Assembly (NCBI GenBank): GCA_963770565.1 | Contig: CAVYQE010000007.1 | Location: 1-64,000 of the forward strand | DNA: 64,000 nucleotides | Source of the DNA: an uncultured Actinomycetota bacterium | Lineage (GTDB): Bacteria > Actinomycetota > Actinomycetes > JAFAQI01 | Direction of reading: 5' to 3' | Shown: positions 26,208 to 36,666 of the stretch, piece after piece | Layout: each line of letters starts with the position of its first letter | How positions within the stretch are numbered: the first letter of the stretch is position 1 | Notes under the pieces: generated by a model | The model's database searches: none | Seen by the model: only the letters and a program-made list of their open reading frames with translations | Told to the model about the DNA's origin: nothing | Translations under genes and position numbers: made by a program

Positions 26208-27392
26208 TCAGCGGAAGAGCGCGTGGTGGACCCGGACCAGGGCCCGTCGCAGCGGCGGCGGCACCCACCCGCCCGGTCGCCCCGACCGCGCTGACCGCCC
26301 GGCGCCGGCCGCGAGCGCTGCGGCCCGGCCTTCGCGGTGCCCGGTCTCGACCCCGCTGGCGATCGCAGCGACCACGGCCTCAGCCGCGATCGATGCGGGC
26401 AGGGTCGCGGGGGGCATCGCAAGGGGCGCGGACGACGATGCTGGCGCACCGAGCGAGTCGAGATCGCCGACGACCCGGATCCCGAGATCGGCGATGTTCT
26501 TCGCGAACTCGGCGCCGATCTCGCTCGCCCGTTCGGCCGCCCACTTGGGCAGCTCCAGCTTCGGCATGCTGTCGAGGTCGGGGCGCAGTTCGGCGAGCCG
26601 GCGCAGGACGCCGTGGCGGACAGTGCTCCGATACATCGAGTCCGGCCACTCGTGCGCCCGATAGGTGACGTTGACCAGCCGGAGCATCTCGGCCTCGGGC
26701 CAGGTCAGCGACCGGTTGTCGTGCTCCGGTGGCTCCGGCTCGAGCAGGCCGTCGGGCAGCCCGAGCAATGACTCGAACTGCCGCAACAGCTTCGCGTGGT
26801 CGGTCGAGTCGACCACGATCGCGGTGACGTGGTCCGCACCGACCACCTCCGCCCAGCGGGCGAGGATCTCGTCGTGCCGGTGCCGCCTCCAGAACGACGG
26901 AGTCGGGCGGTCGTACGGCGGTTTGAGCAGCATGCCGCGCAGCCAACGCTGGTAGTGCAGTCGCGCGCCGTTCTGCAAGTACTGCTGCCACGCCGAGGGC
27001 ATGATCTTGACCAGCGGCCGCAGCGTCGCGACGACGTGCACTCGCTCGCCGCCCAAGTCCTGGACCACCCGGCGTACGTCGGCGATCGGCGTCTCCGAGA
27101 GCCACTCGCTGCTGACGATCACCCGGTCGTCGCCGGCCGCGCTCACCTGCTTGACCAGTTTCAGCCAATCGGCCTCACTCACCGGTGGGTCGCCCCGGCG
27201 CGGGACGGCGCGCGAGATGTAGACGCCGGCCGCCTTGTGGTAGCGGTCCTTGCCCGGATAGACCACGCCGTGCTCCGCGAGCTGCGGGCGCGCTCGGGAC
27301 AGCGCACCTTGCAGGAAGGTGGTGCCCGTCTTCGGGAAGCCGATGTGGATCAGGCGGGCCCCGGCCGGGATCGTCAGGTCGGGCTGTGCCAC
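26208..27392 (-). CDS. Sulfotransferase-like P-loop protein
   Basis: HIGFPKTGTTFLQ, VSSEWL, TLR...PSAWQQ, N.SL, VVGDL..L; TAGCAT-N6-GTG start. Confidence 0.8.
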   Translation of the reverse strand: MAQPDLTIPAGARLIHIGFPKTGTTFLQGALSRARPQLAEHGVVYPGKDRYHKAAGVYISRAVPRRGDPPVSEADWLKLVKQVSAAGDDRVIVSSEWLSETPIADVRRVVQDLGGERVHVVATLRPLVKIMPSAWQQYLQNGARLHYQRWLRGMLLKPPYDRPTPSFWRRHRHDEILARWAEVVGADHVTAIVVDSTDHAKLLRQFESLLGLPDGLLEPEPPEHDNRSLTWPEAEMLRLVNVTYRAHEWPDSMYRSTVRHGVLRRLAELRPDLDSMPKLELPKWAAERASEIGAEFAKNIADLGIRVVGDLDSLGAPASSSAPLAMPPATLPASIAAEAVVAAIASGVETGHREGRAAALAAGAGRSARSGRPGGWVPPPLRRALVRVHHALFR

Positions 27393-27415
27393 CGGGCGAT
27401 GCTAGTGCCCGACCG

Positions 27416-28084
27416 TTAGCGCGTGGCCCTCGACGGCCTGCTGTCGTAGGCGCGAAGTGCGGCTTCGGCCGCCTCGAGCTCGGCCCGCAGGCCGGCCGCG
27501 CGCTGCTCGACCACGCTCCGGCACGACTCGACCGTCTCGATCAGCGCGCCGCGCACGCTGTCGTCGTCGACGTGCTCGGCGAACGCGCTGACCGCGCCGG
27601 GCCGAAGCGCCGCCGGCTTCGCCAGCCGGCGGGCGCCGCGCATCGCCTCCACCGTCCAGCCGCCGTCCCGGAAGCGCAGCGTGACGACGAGCGGCGGCAC
27701 CCGCTTGCCCTTGCGGGCCCGCGCCGGTCGCGCCGGCCTGACCGCCGTCGAGCTCGTGCGGGCCGGTGCCGGTCGAGGCGCCGCCGACGGCTTCGGGGCG
27801 GGCGCCGCCTTGGCTGCTGGTGCAGCCTTGGGCCGGGTCGTCAGGCCGAGCTCGGACGGCGCGAAGGGCACCTCGTCCTTGCCGAGGCGTACGACGACGT
27901 ACTCGCTGTCCTTGGGGTCGCCCAGCCGTACGACGTTGCCGCGGGTCCCCGCAGCGACCGCAGCGGACGCGGCGCGGACCACGACGCGGGGGCGTTCACC
28001 GGCGGCAACCTTGGCGCGCAGCGCGGCGACATCGTCGTCGGTCAGCGCAGGCGGGGTCGCGACAGCTCTGCGATTCGGTGGCAC
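27416..28084 (-). CDS. Hypothetical protein with Ala/Pro/Lys-rich linker (DUF6319-like)
   Basis: N-terminal beta domain (DEVPFAPSEL), low-complexity linker, W.VE...G domain and C-terminal coiled coil. Confidence 0.6.
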   Translation of the reverse strand: MPPNRRAVATPPALTDDDVAALRAKVAAGERPRVVVRAASAAVAAGTRGNVVRLGDPKDSEYVVVRLGKDEVPFAPSELGLTTRPKAAPAAKAAPAPKPSAAPRPAPARTSSTAVRPARPARARKGKRVPPLVVTLRFRDGGWTVEAMRGARRLAKPAALRPGAVSAFAEHVDDDSVRGALIETVESCRSVVEQRAAGLRAELEAAEAALRAYDSRPSRATR

Positions 28085-28149
28085 GGCTGGTCCCTTCCGG
28101 AGTCAACCCGGCGATGGTAGGGGTTAACGTGGCTGCGAGGAGGCCGACG

Positions 28150-29349
28150 ATGGCGTTCTACCGGTGCGTTGGTGACGTTCCACCGAAGCGGCACACGCAG
28201 CACCGCCGGCCCGACGGCGGGTTGTATGCCGAGGAGCTGATGGGCGAAGAGGGCTTTTCGTCCGACTCCTCGCTGCTCTATCACCGTGGGATCCCGTCCG
28301 CGATCGTCGACATCAGGTCGTGGGAGATCGCCGGCCTCGAGACGACCGCAAACCTCCCGCTCAAGCCCCGGCACCTCGTCCTGCACAACCTCGTCGACGG
28401 CAACGAGTGGAAGCGGCTCGACCCGGTCACCGGCCGGCGGCTCGTGCTGGGCAACGCCGATGTCCGGATCTCTTACGCGGTGAGCGGGGAGACGTCGCCG
28501 TACTACCGCAACGCGCTCGGCGACGAGTGCGTCTTCGTCGAGTCGGGCCGCGCCGTGCTCGAGACCGTCTTCGGCGCGATGCCGATCGGGCCGGGTGACT
28601 ACGTCATCGTGCCGCGGGCGACTACCCATCGCTGGCTGCCGGACGGCGGGGAACCGTTGCGGCTCTACGCGATCGAGGCCAACAGCCATATCACGCCGCC
28701 GCGCCGCTACCTGTCGAAGTTCGGCCAGCTGCTCGAACACGCGCCGTACTGCGAACGGGACCTGCGCAGCCCGGCCGAGCCAATGCTCGTCGCGGGCGAG
28801 GACGTCGAGGTGTACGTCAAGCATCGGGTCTCCGGCGGCGGGATCGGCGGCAGTGTCCACGTGCATGCGACGCATCCGTTCGATGTGGTCGGCTGGGATG
28901 GCTGCCTATATCCCTTTGTTTTCAACATTTCCGACTTCGAACCGATCACGGGGCGGGTGCACCAGCCGCCGCCGGCCCATCAGGTCTTCGAGGGCGGCAA
29001 CTTCGTGATCTGCAACTTCGTACCGCGCAAGGTCGACTACCATCCGCTGGCGATTCCGGTTCCCTACTACCACTCCAACGTCGACAGCGACGAGGTCATG
29101 TTCTATTGCGGAGGCGACTACGAGGCGCGCAAGGGATCCGGGATCGGCCTCGGGTCGATCTCGCTGCACCCCGGCGGCCACACGCACGGCCCGCAGCCGG
29201 GTGCGGTCGAGCGCAGCCTCGGCGTCGAGTTCTTCGACGAGCTTGCGGTCATGGTTGACACCTTCCGTCCGCTCGAGATCGGCGCCGCCGGTTTCGAGTG
29301 CGAGGACGAGAACTATGCGTGGACCTGGTCCGGGCGGCGGTCACCCTGA
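28150..29349 (+). CDS. hmgA: Homogentisate 1,2-dioxygenase
   Basis: EELMGEEGFS..SSLLYH, HPFDVVGWDG, RVHQPPP.H, PYYHSNVDSDEV, LHPGG..HGP, AVMVDTF. Confidence 0.92.
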   Translation: MAFYRCVGDVPPKRHTQHRRPDGGLYAEELMGEEGFSSDSSLLYHRGIPSAIVDIRSWEIAGLETTANLPLKPRHLVLHNLVDGNEWKRLDPVTGRRLVLGNADVRISYAVSGETSPYYRNALGDECVFVESGRAVLETVFGAMPIGPGDYVIVPRATTHRWLPDGGEPLRLYAIEANSHITPPRRYLSKFGQLLEHAPYCERDLRSPAEPMLVAGEDVEVYVKHRVSGGGIGGSVHVHATHPFDVVGWDGCLYPFVFNISDFEPITGRVHQPPPAHQVFEGGNFVICNFVPRKVDYHPLAIPVPYYHSNVDSDEVMFYCGGDYEARKGSGIGLGSISLHPGGHTHGPQPGAVERSLGVEFFDELAVMVDTFRPLEIGAAGFECEDENYAWTWSGRRSP

Positions 29350-30461
29350 CCGAGTGCTACCCGTTCGGCGCCTACAGCCACGACGGGGGAGACCGGCCCC
29401 GGCTGTGCCTGCGGGTCGGGGACGCGCTGCTCGACCTCGCCGAAGCGGCGACCCGGGACTGGTTCGCGCTGCTCGACCTGCTCGACCAGCCGACCCTCGA
29501 CCGGCTGCTCGCGGCCGGTCCGGCGGCCTGGCGGGTGGTCGCCGAGCAGATCCCCGCCTGGGTTGCCGATCCGGTCGAGTTGATCCCGATCGACGAGGTC
29601 GCCCTTGAGCTGCCGTTCACGGTCGCGGACTACGTCGACTTCTACGCGAGCGAGCAGCACGCGACCAACGTCGGGCGGATCCTCCGCCCCGACCAGGAGC
29701 CGCTCAGACCGAACTGGCGGCACCAGCCGATCGGCTACCACGGCCGGGCCGGCACCGTCGTCGTCTCCGGTACGCCGGTCCGCCGGCCGCACGGCAACGT
29801 GGCATCGGAAGGCGGCGTTGACTTCCGGGCGACCGAGCGGCTCGACGTCGAGGCTGAAGTGGGCTTTGTCGTTGGCGTGCCTTCTGCGCTCGGGAATCCG
29901 GTCGTGGTCGACGCATTCGCCGGCCATGTCTTCGGCGTCGTGCTTCTGAACGACTGGTCGGCTCGCGACATCCAGGCGTGGGAGACCGTGCCGCTCGGGC
30001 CGTTCCTCGGCAAGTCGTTCCAGACCTCGATCTCGCCGTGGGTCGTGCCGCTGTCCGCGCTGGAGGCGGCGCGGACGCCGGTGCCCTCGGCCGGCACACC
30101 GTTGTCGCCGTACCTCGTGGAGACCGAGCCGTGGGGCCTCGACATCGACCTCGAGCTGCGGGTCAACGGTGAGCTGATCTCCAGCCCGCCGTACCGAACG
30201 ATGCACTGGTCACCGGCGCAGATGCTTGCGCACCTGACCGTGAACGGCGCGTCGCTTCGGACCGGTGACCTTTACGCATCGGGCACGGTCAGTGGCGCGG
30301 GCGACGACCAGGTCGGTTCGCTGCTCGAGCGGTGGCGCGGCGAGCGGTTCCTCAACGACGGTGACGAGGTCGTGATCAGCGCGACCGCGCCGGCTGCGGA
30401 CGGGTCCCGGCTCGACCTCGGCGAAGTGCGAGGCCGCGTGCTGCCCGCTATCCGTTCCTGA
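29319..30461 (+). CDS. fahA: Fumarylacetoacetase
   Basis: DYVDFYAS..HATNVG, PIGYHGRA, LDVEAEVG, LNDWSARDIQAWE..PLGPFLGKSF, SGTVSG; start uncertain. Confidence 0.9.
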   Translation: MDLVRAAVTLTECYPFGAYSHDGGDRPRLCLRVGDALLDLAEAATRDWFALLDLLDQPTLDRLLAAGPAAWRVVAEQIPAWVADPVELIPIDEVALELPFTVADYVDFYASEQHATNVGRILRPDQEPLRPNWRHQPIGYHGRAGTVVVSGTPVRRPHGNVASEGGVDFRATERLDVEAEVGFVVGVPSALGNPVVVDAFAGHVFGVVLLNDWSARDIQAWETVPLGPFLGKSFQTSISPWVVPLSALEAARTPVPSAGTPLSPYLVETEPWGLDIDLELRVNGELISSPPYRTMHWSPAQMLAHLTVNGASLRTGDLYASGTVSGAGDDQVGSLLERWRGERFLNDGDEVVISATAPAADGSRLDLGEVRGRVLPAIRS

Positions 30462-31713
30462 CGACCGCCGCGACGGCTGCGTTGACGTGGTCCATGACCC
30501 GCGACAGGTTCTTATCCTTGAAGCTGCTGAGCAGGAACGAGAACGTCACCGCCCGGCCTGACCTCGTCGTCGTGTAGCCGGACAGTGCGGTGTGATGGTT
30601 GAGCGTCCCGGTCTTGGCCCGCACCCGGCCGCGCAGGGTCGACCCGCACATCCGTCCGACCAGGGTGCCGGTGTCACAGGACAGCGGTAGGGCGAAGTAG
30701 ACCGTGTCGTAAAACGGCATTGACGTCTTCAGCGTCGTCAGCCAGCGCACGACTGTGGCCGGCGCCTCGCGGTCGGTGTAGGACAGGCCCGAGCCGTCGT
30801 GGAGGGTGCCGATCGGCAGGCCGAGTTGCCCGGCGACCGCCTTGACCGCGGCGACGCCGGTCGCGGGACTGCCGTAGCCGCTGCGTTGCGCACCGGCCTC
30901 GCGCAGCATCATCTCGGCGTTGAAGTTGATCGAGTTGGTCAGCGTGTCGTCGGTGATCGCGGCGAGATCGGGCGAGCGGTGGGTCAGCAGTCGCTGCAGG
31001 CCGCCCGGCGCCACCTCGACCCGGATCGAGCCGGCCACTGAGATATGGGCCTTCCTGAGCGCCGCCCGCCACAGTCTGGCGTTGTCGAGGGTCGGATCCC
31101 GGTCGAATGCGCTGCCGCCGCGCCACTGGTTGTCGTCGACGCTGAAGGCGTCGATCGTGCCGCTTTCGACCGGGACGAACTTGCGTTTCCACCCGGACAC
31201 CCGAGTGGTGTGGCTGTAGCGCGAGTCATCGATGATCAGGTGTCCGCTGACGTGGCGCAGTCCTTGTGCGTGCAGTCGCTTCGCCATCGCTCGGAGATCG
31301 CTGATGGTCAGCGTCGGATCGCCGGAGCCGCGCAACACCAGGCTGCCGTTCATCGTCCCGTTTGCCGCGAGTCGCGATGTGCCAGAAATCGTTGTGGCAT
31401 AACGGAATTCAGGCCCAAGCAAATCGAGCAGCGTGATCACGGTGAACAGCTTCTGGTTGCTGGCCGGCGCGGAGGCGCGGGACGCGTCGTGCGAGATCAT
31501 GCCGGTGCCGTCGATCACGATCCGGTAGTCGACGTGTCTTGCCGTACTGCCGCGGAGGGCGGCGTTGACTCTCGTCGCGATACCGCGCGCAGACCCGCCG
31601 TGTGGCGCAACCGGTGCGGTCCGGGCAGCGGAGGCGGCCGGCGCGCCGATGATGAGCAGACAGCTCAAGGGCAGGCTGGCGAGCGCGGCGAGAGTCTTCA
31701 GCTGGCGCGGCAT
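30448..31713 (-). CDS. dacB: D-alanyl-D-alanine carboxypeptidase/endopeptidase (PBP4, S13)
   Basis: Signal peptide; PASNQK (SxxK), GSGDPTL, SIN (SxN), DGSGLS, AKTGT. Confidence 0.9.
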   Translation of the reverse strand: MPRQLKTLAALASLPLSCLLIIGAPAASAARTAPVAPHGGSARGIATRVNAALRGSTARHVDYRIVIDGTGMISHDASRASAPASNQKLFTVITLLDLLGPEFRYATTISGTSRLAANGTMNGSLVLRGSGDPTLTISDLRAMAKRLHAQGLRHVSGHLIIDDSRYSHTTRVSGWKRKFVPVESGTIDAFSVDDNQWRGGSAFDRDPTLDNARLWRAALRKAHISVAGSIRVEVAPGGLQRLLTHRSPDLAAITDDTLTNSINFNAEMMLREAGAQRSGYGSPATGVAAVKAVAGQLGLPIGTLHDGSGLSYTDREAPATVVRWLTTLKTSMPFYDTVYFALPLSCDTGTLVGRMCGSTLRGRVRAKTGTLNHHTALSGYTTTRSGRAVTFSFLLSSFKDKNLSRVMDHVNAAVAAVVRNG

Positions 31714-31736
31714 CCACACCACCGTACGATGTCGCG
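31714..31736. promoter_or_regulatory. Bidirectional leaderless promoter between dacB and the TrmH gene
   Basis: ACCGTACGAT gives TACGGT on minus (7 nt to ATG 31713) and TACGAT on plus (6 nt to GTG 31737), sharing one TA. Confidence 0.6.
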
Positions 31737-32357
31737 GTGCCGGATGAGGATCATGAGATCGGGGTCGGGCCGCACCCGCAGCCGTGGCCCACCGATCCGC
31801 GACTGGATCCCGAGCTGCTGGCGGACGGCGACCGGCGCAATGTCGTCGACCGCTATCGCTACTGGTCGCACGAGGCAATCGTCGCCGATCTGGCCGGCCG
31901 GCGCCGGCCGTTTCACGTCGCGATCGAGAACTGGCAGCACGACCTCAATATCGGCACGGTCGTCCGCAATGCCAATGCCTTTCTCGCCGCCGCTGTGCAC
32001 ATCGTGGGCAACCGGCGGTGGAACCGGCGTGGCGCGATGGTCACCGACCGGTACGTCGACGTCCGCCATCACGCCACCGTCGCCGACCTGGCCGCATGGG
32101 CCGCGACCGAGGACCTGCCGCTGATCGGGGTCGACCTGCTGCCCGGCTCGCGGAGCATCGTCGATGCCCCATTGCCGGAACGCTGCGTGCTCGTCTTCGG
32201 CCAGGAGGGTCCTGGTCTCAGCGCGGCTGCTCGCGCGGCGGTCGCTGACGTCTTGCATGTGCCGCAAGACGGCTCGACCCGCTCGATCAACGCGGGCGTC
32301 GCGAGTGGTATCGCCATGTATGAGTGGGTCCGCCGCCACGGCTCCCCGCCGGGTTGA
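31737..32357 (+). CDS. TrmH/SpoU family RNA methyltransferase
   Basis: ENWQHDLNIGTVVRNANAF, RRGAMVTDRY, FGQEGPGL, RSINAGVA. Confidence 0.92.
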   Translation: MPDEDHEIGVGPHPQPWPTDPRLDPELLADGDRRNVVDRYRYWSHEAIVADLAGRRRPFHVAIENWQHDLNIGTVVRNANAFLAAAVHIVGNRRWNRRGAMVTDRYVDVRHHATVADLAAWAATEDLPLIGVDLLPGSRSIVDAPLPERCVLVFGQEGPGLSAAARAAVADVLHVPQDGSTRSINAGVASGIAMYEWVRRHGSPPG

Positions 32358-32400
32358 GACCGCCGCAAGAAGCGTCGGTGTGAGCAGGCAGGATGGGGGC

Positions 32401-32985
32401 ATGATCGCGATCCCGGACTGGTTGGTGACGACCCTTGCCGCCGACGGTGCCGTTGGTAAAGGGGCGCTGCCGCTCTGGATCAAGGCGCTGTCGCCGGCGG
32501 CGACCGTCGTCGGCCCCGCGCTGGTGGTGCGGGTCGCGCTCAACGACAACCGCGCGATGCGCGACGTGCCGGTCGCTGTCACCGAGCCGGGCACGGTGCT
32601 GGTGGTGGCCTGCGGCACCGAGTCGCGGACCGCGATCCTCGGCGAGATCATTGCCCGCGAACTGCTTGCGGCCGGCATCGTCGCGGTGGTCACCGACGGA
32701 CTGATCCGGGATTCGCGCGATGTGGCCGCTGCTGGCCTGCCGGTGTGGGCCCGCGGCGTCACTCCGGTCGCCTCGGCCAAGGCCGGGCCTGACCAGGTCG
32801 GCGGTTCAGTAACGATCGACGACTGTGTCATCAGCGACGGCGACCTCGTGATCGCCGACGCGGACGGCGTTGTGATCTGGCCGGCCGCCGATGTCACAAC
32901 GCTGGTGGCAGCGGCCGATGCGAAGCGGCAATCCGACAACGAGCGGCTCGCTCGGCTGACCGGCGCTGATGGAGGCGTCTCCTAG
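32401..32985 (+). CDS. RraA/HMG aldolase family protein
   Basis: DN, G.VLVV, AILGE, VTDG.IRD, GDLVIADADGVV. Confidence 0.85.
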   Translation: MIAIPDWLVTTLAADGAVGKGALPLWIKALSPAATVVGPALVVRVALNDNRAMRDVPVAVTEPGTVLVVACGTESRTAILGEIIARELLAAGIVAVVTDGLIRDSRDVAAAGLPVWARGVTPVASAKAGPDQVGGSVTIDDCVISDGDLVIADADGVVIWPAADVTTLVAAADAKRQSDNERLARLTGADGGVS

Positions 32986-33146
32986 TGCCCCATCAACCAA
33001 CGCTTGCCCTGTTGCGCGACGCCCAGGCGGCGACCGGCGGCGTTCTCGTGGGCCCCGATGGCGCTGCCATCGCGACCTCCTCGGCCTTTCCGCTCATCCG
33101 CCTGGACGCCGTTCACGACGGACAACGTGGGTTGATGGGGCGCTAG
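32982..33146. mobile_element. MITE-like element, 165 bp, about 50-bp imperfect terminal inverted repeats, CTAG at both ends
   Basis: Left CTAGTGCCCCATCAACCAACGCTTGCCC...CCAGGCGG; reverse complement of right end CTAGCGCCCCATCAACCCACGTTGTCC...CCAGGCGG; no transposase. Confidence 0.7.
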
Positions 33147-33150
33147 TCCC

Positions 33151-34323
33151 GTGGTGCTCGCTCGCTATCAGGAGGTATTGCGCCGCCCGCATGTCGCGCG
33201 GCTGCTCGTGACTGCGATGCTCGCGCGGTTGCCGCAAGGCATGTCGGGGCTGTCGATCCTGCTACTGCTGACTCCGCACGTCGGCTATGCCCGTGCCGGA
33301 CTGGCCACGGGCGTGAGCGTTGCATCCTCCGGGATCTCGAACGTGCTGTTGGCGCGCGCGGTCGACCGGGTGGGTGCGCGCAAGGTGCTGATCCCGTCGG
33401 CGGCGTCGTACTCCGCGGCGATGCTGAGCCTGGCCGCGGTGGCGCACGGTGGGTATTCGCTGCAGGTCGTGATCTGTGGCGCGATCGGGCTGGTCACGCC
33501 GCCGATCTCGTCGGTGTCGCGTGGCCTGTGGCCGCGGCTGCTCGGCGATGAACAGGCCCAGGTGATCTACGGCCTCGAGGCGACCGCCCAGGAGCTGGTC
33601 TTCATCGCCGGGCCGGCCGCGGTCGCGCTGATTGCGGGGCTGGCCAGTGCGCGGACCGCGGTGATCGTGAGCGGGCTGATCGGCCTGGTCGGTGTGCTGG
33701 CGTACGCCACGGCGCCGCCGCTGGCCGAAGGTGTGTCGACGGTTCATACCCGCGGTCAGCGGGTGCTGTTCGGCACCGGCGTGCTTCGCTACGCGCTGGT
33801 CGGTGTGTGCATCACGCTCGGTTTCAACATGACGGACATCTCGACCGTCGACTTCGTCGGTGGCCGGCGGGCGTCCGCGACCGCCGGTGTCGTGCTTGCG
33901 GTCTGGAGCCTCGGCTCGCTGATCGGCGGGGTCTGGTTCGGCGCATCGCACAATCGGGTGACGGATCGCAAGCTTGCGCGGGTGGTCGCGATTGCGGCCG
34001 GGGGGATGGCGGTGGCGGGGCTGGCGCCCGACCCGATCGGCCTGGCCGCGATCCTGTTGTTCAGTGGCGCGGCGGTGGCGCCCACGATGGCCAGGCTCTA
34101 CACCCGGATGGGCTCGGTCGCGCCCGAGGGGCAGACCACGGAGGCGTTCGGCTGGCTCGCGGTCGGGTTCCTGGCCGGGTCGTCGCTGGGCTCGACGCTC
34201 GGCGGGGTCTCGGTCGACGGCGTGGGTCCGCGCTGGACCTTCCTGTTCGCCGGCCTGGCGGCGATGAGCGCCGTCGCCGTCATCGCCGCTCGTCGCCCGG
34301 TAGCGTCGTCGGGTGGCCGCTGA
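33151..34323 (+). CDS. MFS transporter
   Basis: RLP.GM, R.VDR.G.R motif A, E..F..GP, TEAFGW; about 12 TM segments. Confidence 0.9.
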   Translation: MVLARYQEVLRRPHVARLLVTAMLARLPQGMSGLSILLLLTPHVGYARAGLATGVSVASSGISNVLLARAVDRVGARKVLIPSAASYSAAMLSLAAVAHGGYSLQVVICGAIGLVTPPISSVSRGLWPRLLGDEQAQVIYGLEATAQELVFIAGPAAVALIAGLASARTAVIVSGLIGLVGVLAYATAPPLAEGVSTVHTRGQRVLFGTGVLRYALVGVCITLGFNMTDISTVDFVGGRRASATAGVVLAVWSLGSLIGGVWFGASHNRVTDRKLARVVAIAAGGMAVAGLAPDPIGLAAILLFSGAAVAPTMARLYTRMGSVAPEGQTTEAFGWLAVGFLAGSSLGSTLGGVSVDGVGPRWTFLFAGLAAMSAVAVIAARRPVASSGGR

Positions 34324-34639
34324 CAAACTGCCGATCCAGATGCTGCACGACCGGGTGCTCGTCACGATCGACGCCGAAGGCGGCGAGCGACGGTCGACCG
34401 CCGGCATCGTGATTCCCGCGACCGCGCAGATGGGCAAGCGGCTGGCCTGGGCCGAAGCGGTCGCGACCGGCGCCAACGTCCGCACCGTCCAGGTCGGCGA
34501 CCGGGTGTTGTACGACCCGGAGGACCGGGCCGAGATCGAGCTGCACGGCAGCAGCTATGTACTGCTGCGGGAGCGCGACATCCACGCGATCGCGGCCGAG
34601 CGGATCGACGAGGTCGCGGCTCCTGGGTTGTACCTCTAG
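34313..34639 (+). CDS. groES: GroES-family co-chaperone (stand-alone paralog)
   Basis: LHDRVLV, TAGIVIP, G..VRTV.VGDRVL, Y.LLRE.DI. Confidence 0.85.
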   Translation: MAADKLPIQMLHDRVLVTIDAEGGERRSTAGIVIPATAQMGKRLAWAEAVATGANVRTVQVGDRVLYDPEDRAEIELHGSSYVLLRERDIHAIAAERIDEVAAPGLYL

Positions 34640-34683
34640 GAGACTGCGCCCGGGCGTCGCACGCTCGCGCTAGCGTCGTAGCC

Positions 34684-34902
34684 ATGTGTCGAAGCATCAA
34701 GACCCTTCGGGCGCCGTACGTCGACGAGCTGACGAGTGACGATGTCCACGCCGCCGCGCTGCAGTACGTGCGGAAGGTGGCCGGCATGCGCGCGCCGTCG
34801 GCGGCCAACCAGCCGGCGTTCGACCGTGCGGTCGAGGAGATCGCCGCCGCGACGAGCACGCTGCTCGACGGCCTGACGATCCGAGCGGCCCGCGCCTCGT
34901 AG
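34684..34902 (+). CDS. DUF2277 family protein
   Basis: MCRSIKTLR...AAALQYVRKV.G...PS.AN..AF..AV; TAGCGT-N7-ATG. Confidence 0.88.
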   Translation: MCRSIKTLRAPYVDELTSDDVHAAALQYVRKVAGMRAPSAANQPAFDRAVEEIAAATSTLLDGLTIRAARAS

Positions 34903-34922
34903 GCCCGGCGAGCACGCAAACG

Positions 34923-35387
34923 TCAGGCCGGGCCGACCTCCGGCCAGGTGACCGCGAAACCCGGGTGCAAGGGCAGCGTGGGCACCTCGGTGGAGGCGAC
35001 CCAGCGCATCTCGGCGGTCTCCTGCCCGCGGGGAGCCGCGGTGAGCGCTTGAGCTGCTGTTGCGATCACGGTCCAGTAGATCCAGCCGCCATGGTCGTCG
35101 TCGTGGACCCGCTCGATCCTGAGCCCGTCGAGGGTCACGCTGACCTCTTCGCCCACCTCCCGGAGCGCGGCCTGCTCCGGGGTCTCCCACGAGGCTCTCG
35201 CTCCGCCGGGCACCCCCCAGGTGCCGCCGTGATGGGTCCACCAGGCGCGTCGTTGCAGCAGGACGTGGGTGTCGCCGGCGTCGTCCGTCGTACGGAGCAG
35301 CAGCCCAGCCGCGCCGTGCCGGCCCCAGTGCTGATGACCGGCCGCGCAGCGGACCCAGCCGTCGCCGTCGAGCACCGGGGGAGTCAC
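34923..35387 (-). CDS. NUDIX hydrolase
   Basis: DGDGWV.C..G..HWG..GAAG, WGVPGGA....ETPEQAALRE..EE, LHPGF. Confidence 0.9.
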   Translation of the reverse strand: MTPPVLDGDGWVRCAAGHQHWGRHGAAGLLLRTTDDAGDTHVLLQRRAWWTHHGGTWGVPGGARASWETPEQAALREVGEEVSVTLDGLRIERVHDDDHGGWIYWTVIATAAQALTAAPRGQETAEMRWVASTEVPTLPLHPGFAVTWPEVGPA

Positions 35388-35417
35388 CGTTCCAGTGTTG
35401 CGCGCACAGCGAGATTG

Positions 35418-35443
35418 GGAACGAGTGAGCGTGTATTGATGTT
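35418..35443 (+). promoter_or_regulatory. SigR/SigH-type ECF promoter for msrA
   Basis: GGAAC (35418-35422)-N18-GTT (35441-35443); msrA is a known thiol-stress sigma target in actinobacteria. Confidence 0.7.
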
Positions 35444-35471
35444 GGCTTGATCAGGAAGCCCGACCCCGAAG

Positions 35472-36170
<699 letters not shown>

Positions 36171-36176
36171 TGCGCC

Positions 36177-36224
36177 CGCGGCGGCCGTTTCGCTGCGCTC
36201 TAACGCAGCCAGCCGGCCGCCGCG
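36177..36224. terminator. GC-rich hairpin between convergent msrA and SRPBCC genes
   Basis: CGCGGCGGCCG/CGGCCGCCGCG outer stem with inner GCTGCG/CGCAGC. Confidence 0.55.
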
Positions 36225-36231
36225 CAAGCGG

Positions 36232-36666
36232 TCAGACGCCCGGGTGGAACGGCTTTCCGGTGCCGGTCGTACAGAGCAGGCGCAGGCTCTCTAGGTAGTA
36301 GCCCCAGTTGAAGTTGTAGACGCCGAAGTCGTCGTCGCTCAGCTCGACCGCGTAGAACTGGTCGAAGCGCAACCGACAGCGACCGTCGTCGAGGTGGACC
36401 AACTCGAACTTGAAGGTGTTGTCGGTCCAGTTCAGGTGGCCGGCGATGCACAGCCACTCGAGTGATCGGCCGGGTTCTGCGGCTGCCACCTGCATCACCG
36501 GGTTGAAGTCACCGGCGAAGGTGAACCGAATCTCGGCGCCGAGGCCGCCACCCTCGAGCTCGACCGAGGTGCTCCACCAGCCGGCGAGCCCGTCAGCCGT
36601 CGTGAGGGCCGCCCACACCGAGTCGATGCCGGCAGCGATGTCGACGACGTGATGGATCTGCTTCAT
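36232..36666 (-). CDS. SRPBCC (AHSA1-like) domain protein
   Basis: VWAALTT..GLAGWW, W.C....W..., W..YL.SL...C.TG.G.P; GGAG RBS. Confidence 0.88.
   Translation of the reverse strand: MKQIHHVVDIAAGIDSVWAALTTADGLAGWWSTSVELEGGGLGAEIRFTFAGDFNPVMQVAAAEPGRSLEWLCIAGHLNWTDNTFKFELVHLDDGRCRLRFDQFYAVELSDDDFGVYNFNWGYYLESLRLLCTTGTGKPFHPGV

Noticed and set aside
28150-30461. hmgA-fahA without hppD or an isomerase as a novel pathway
   Set aside because: These genes are often dispersed in actinobacteria; absence from one window is uninformative.
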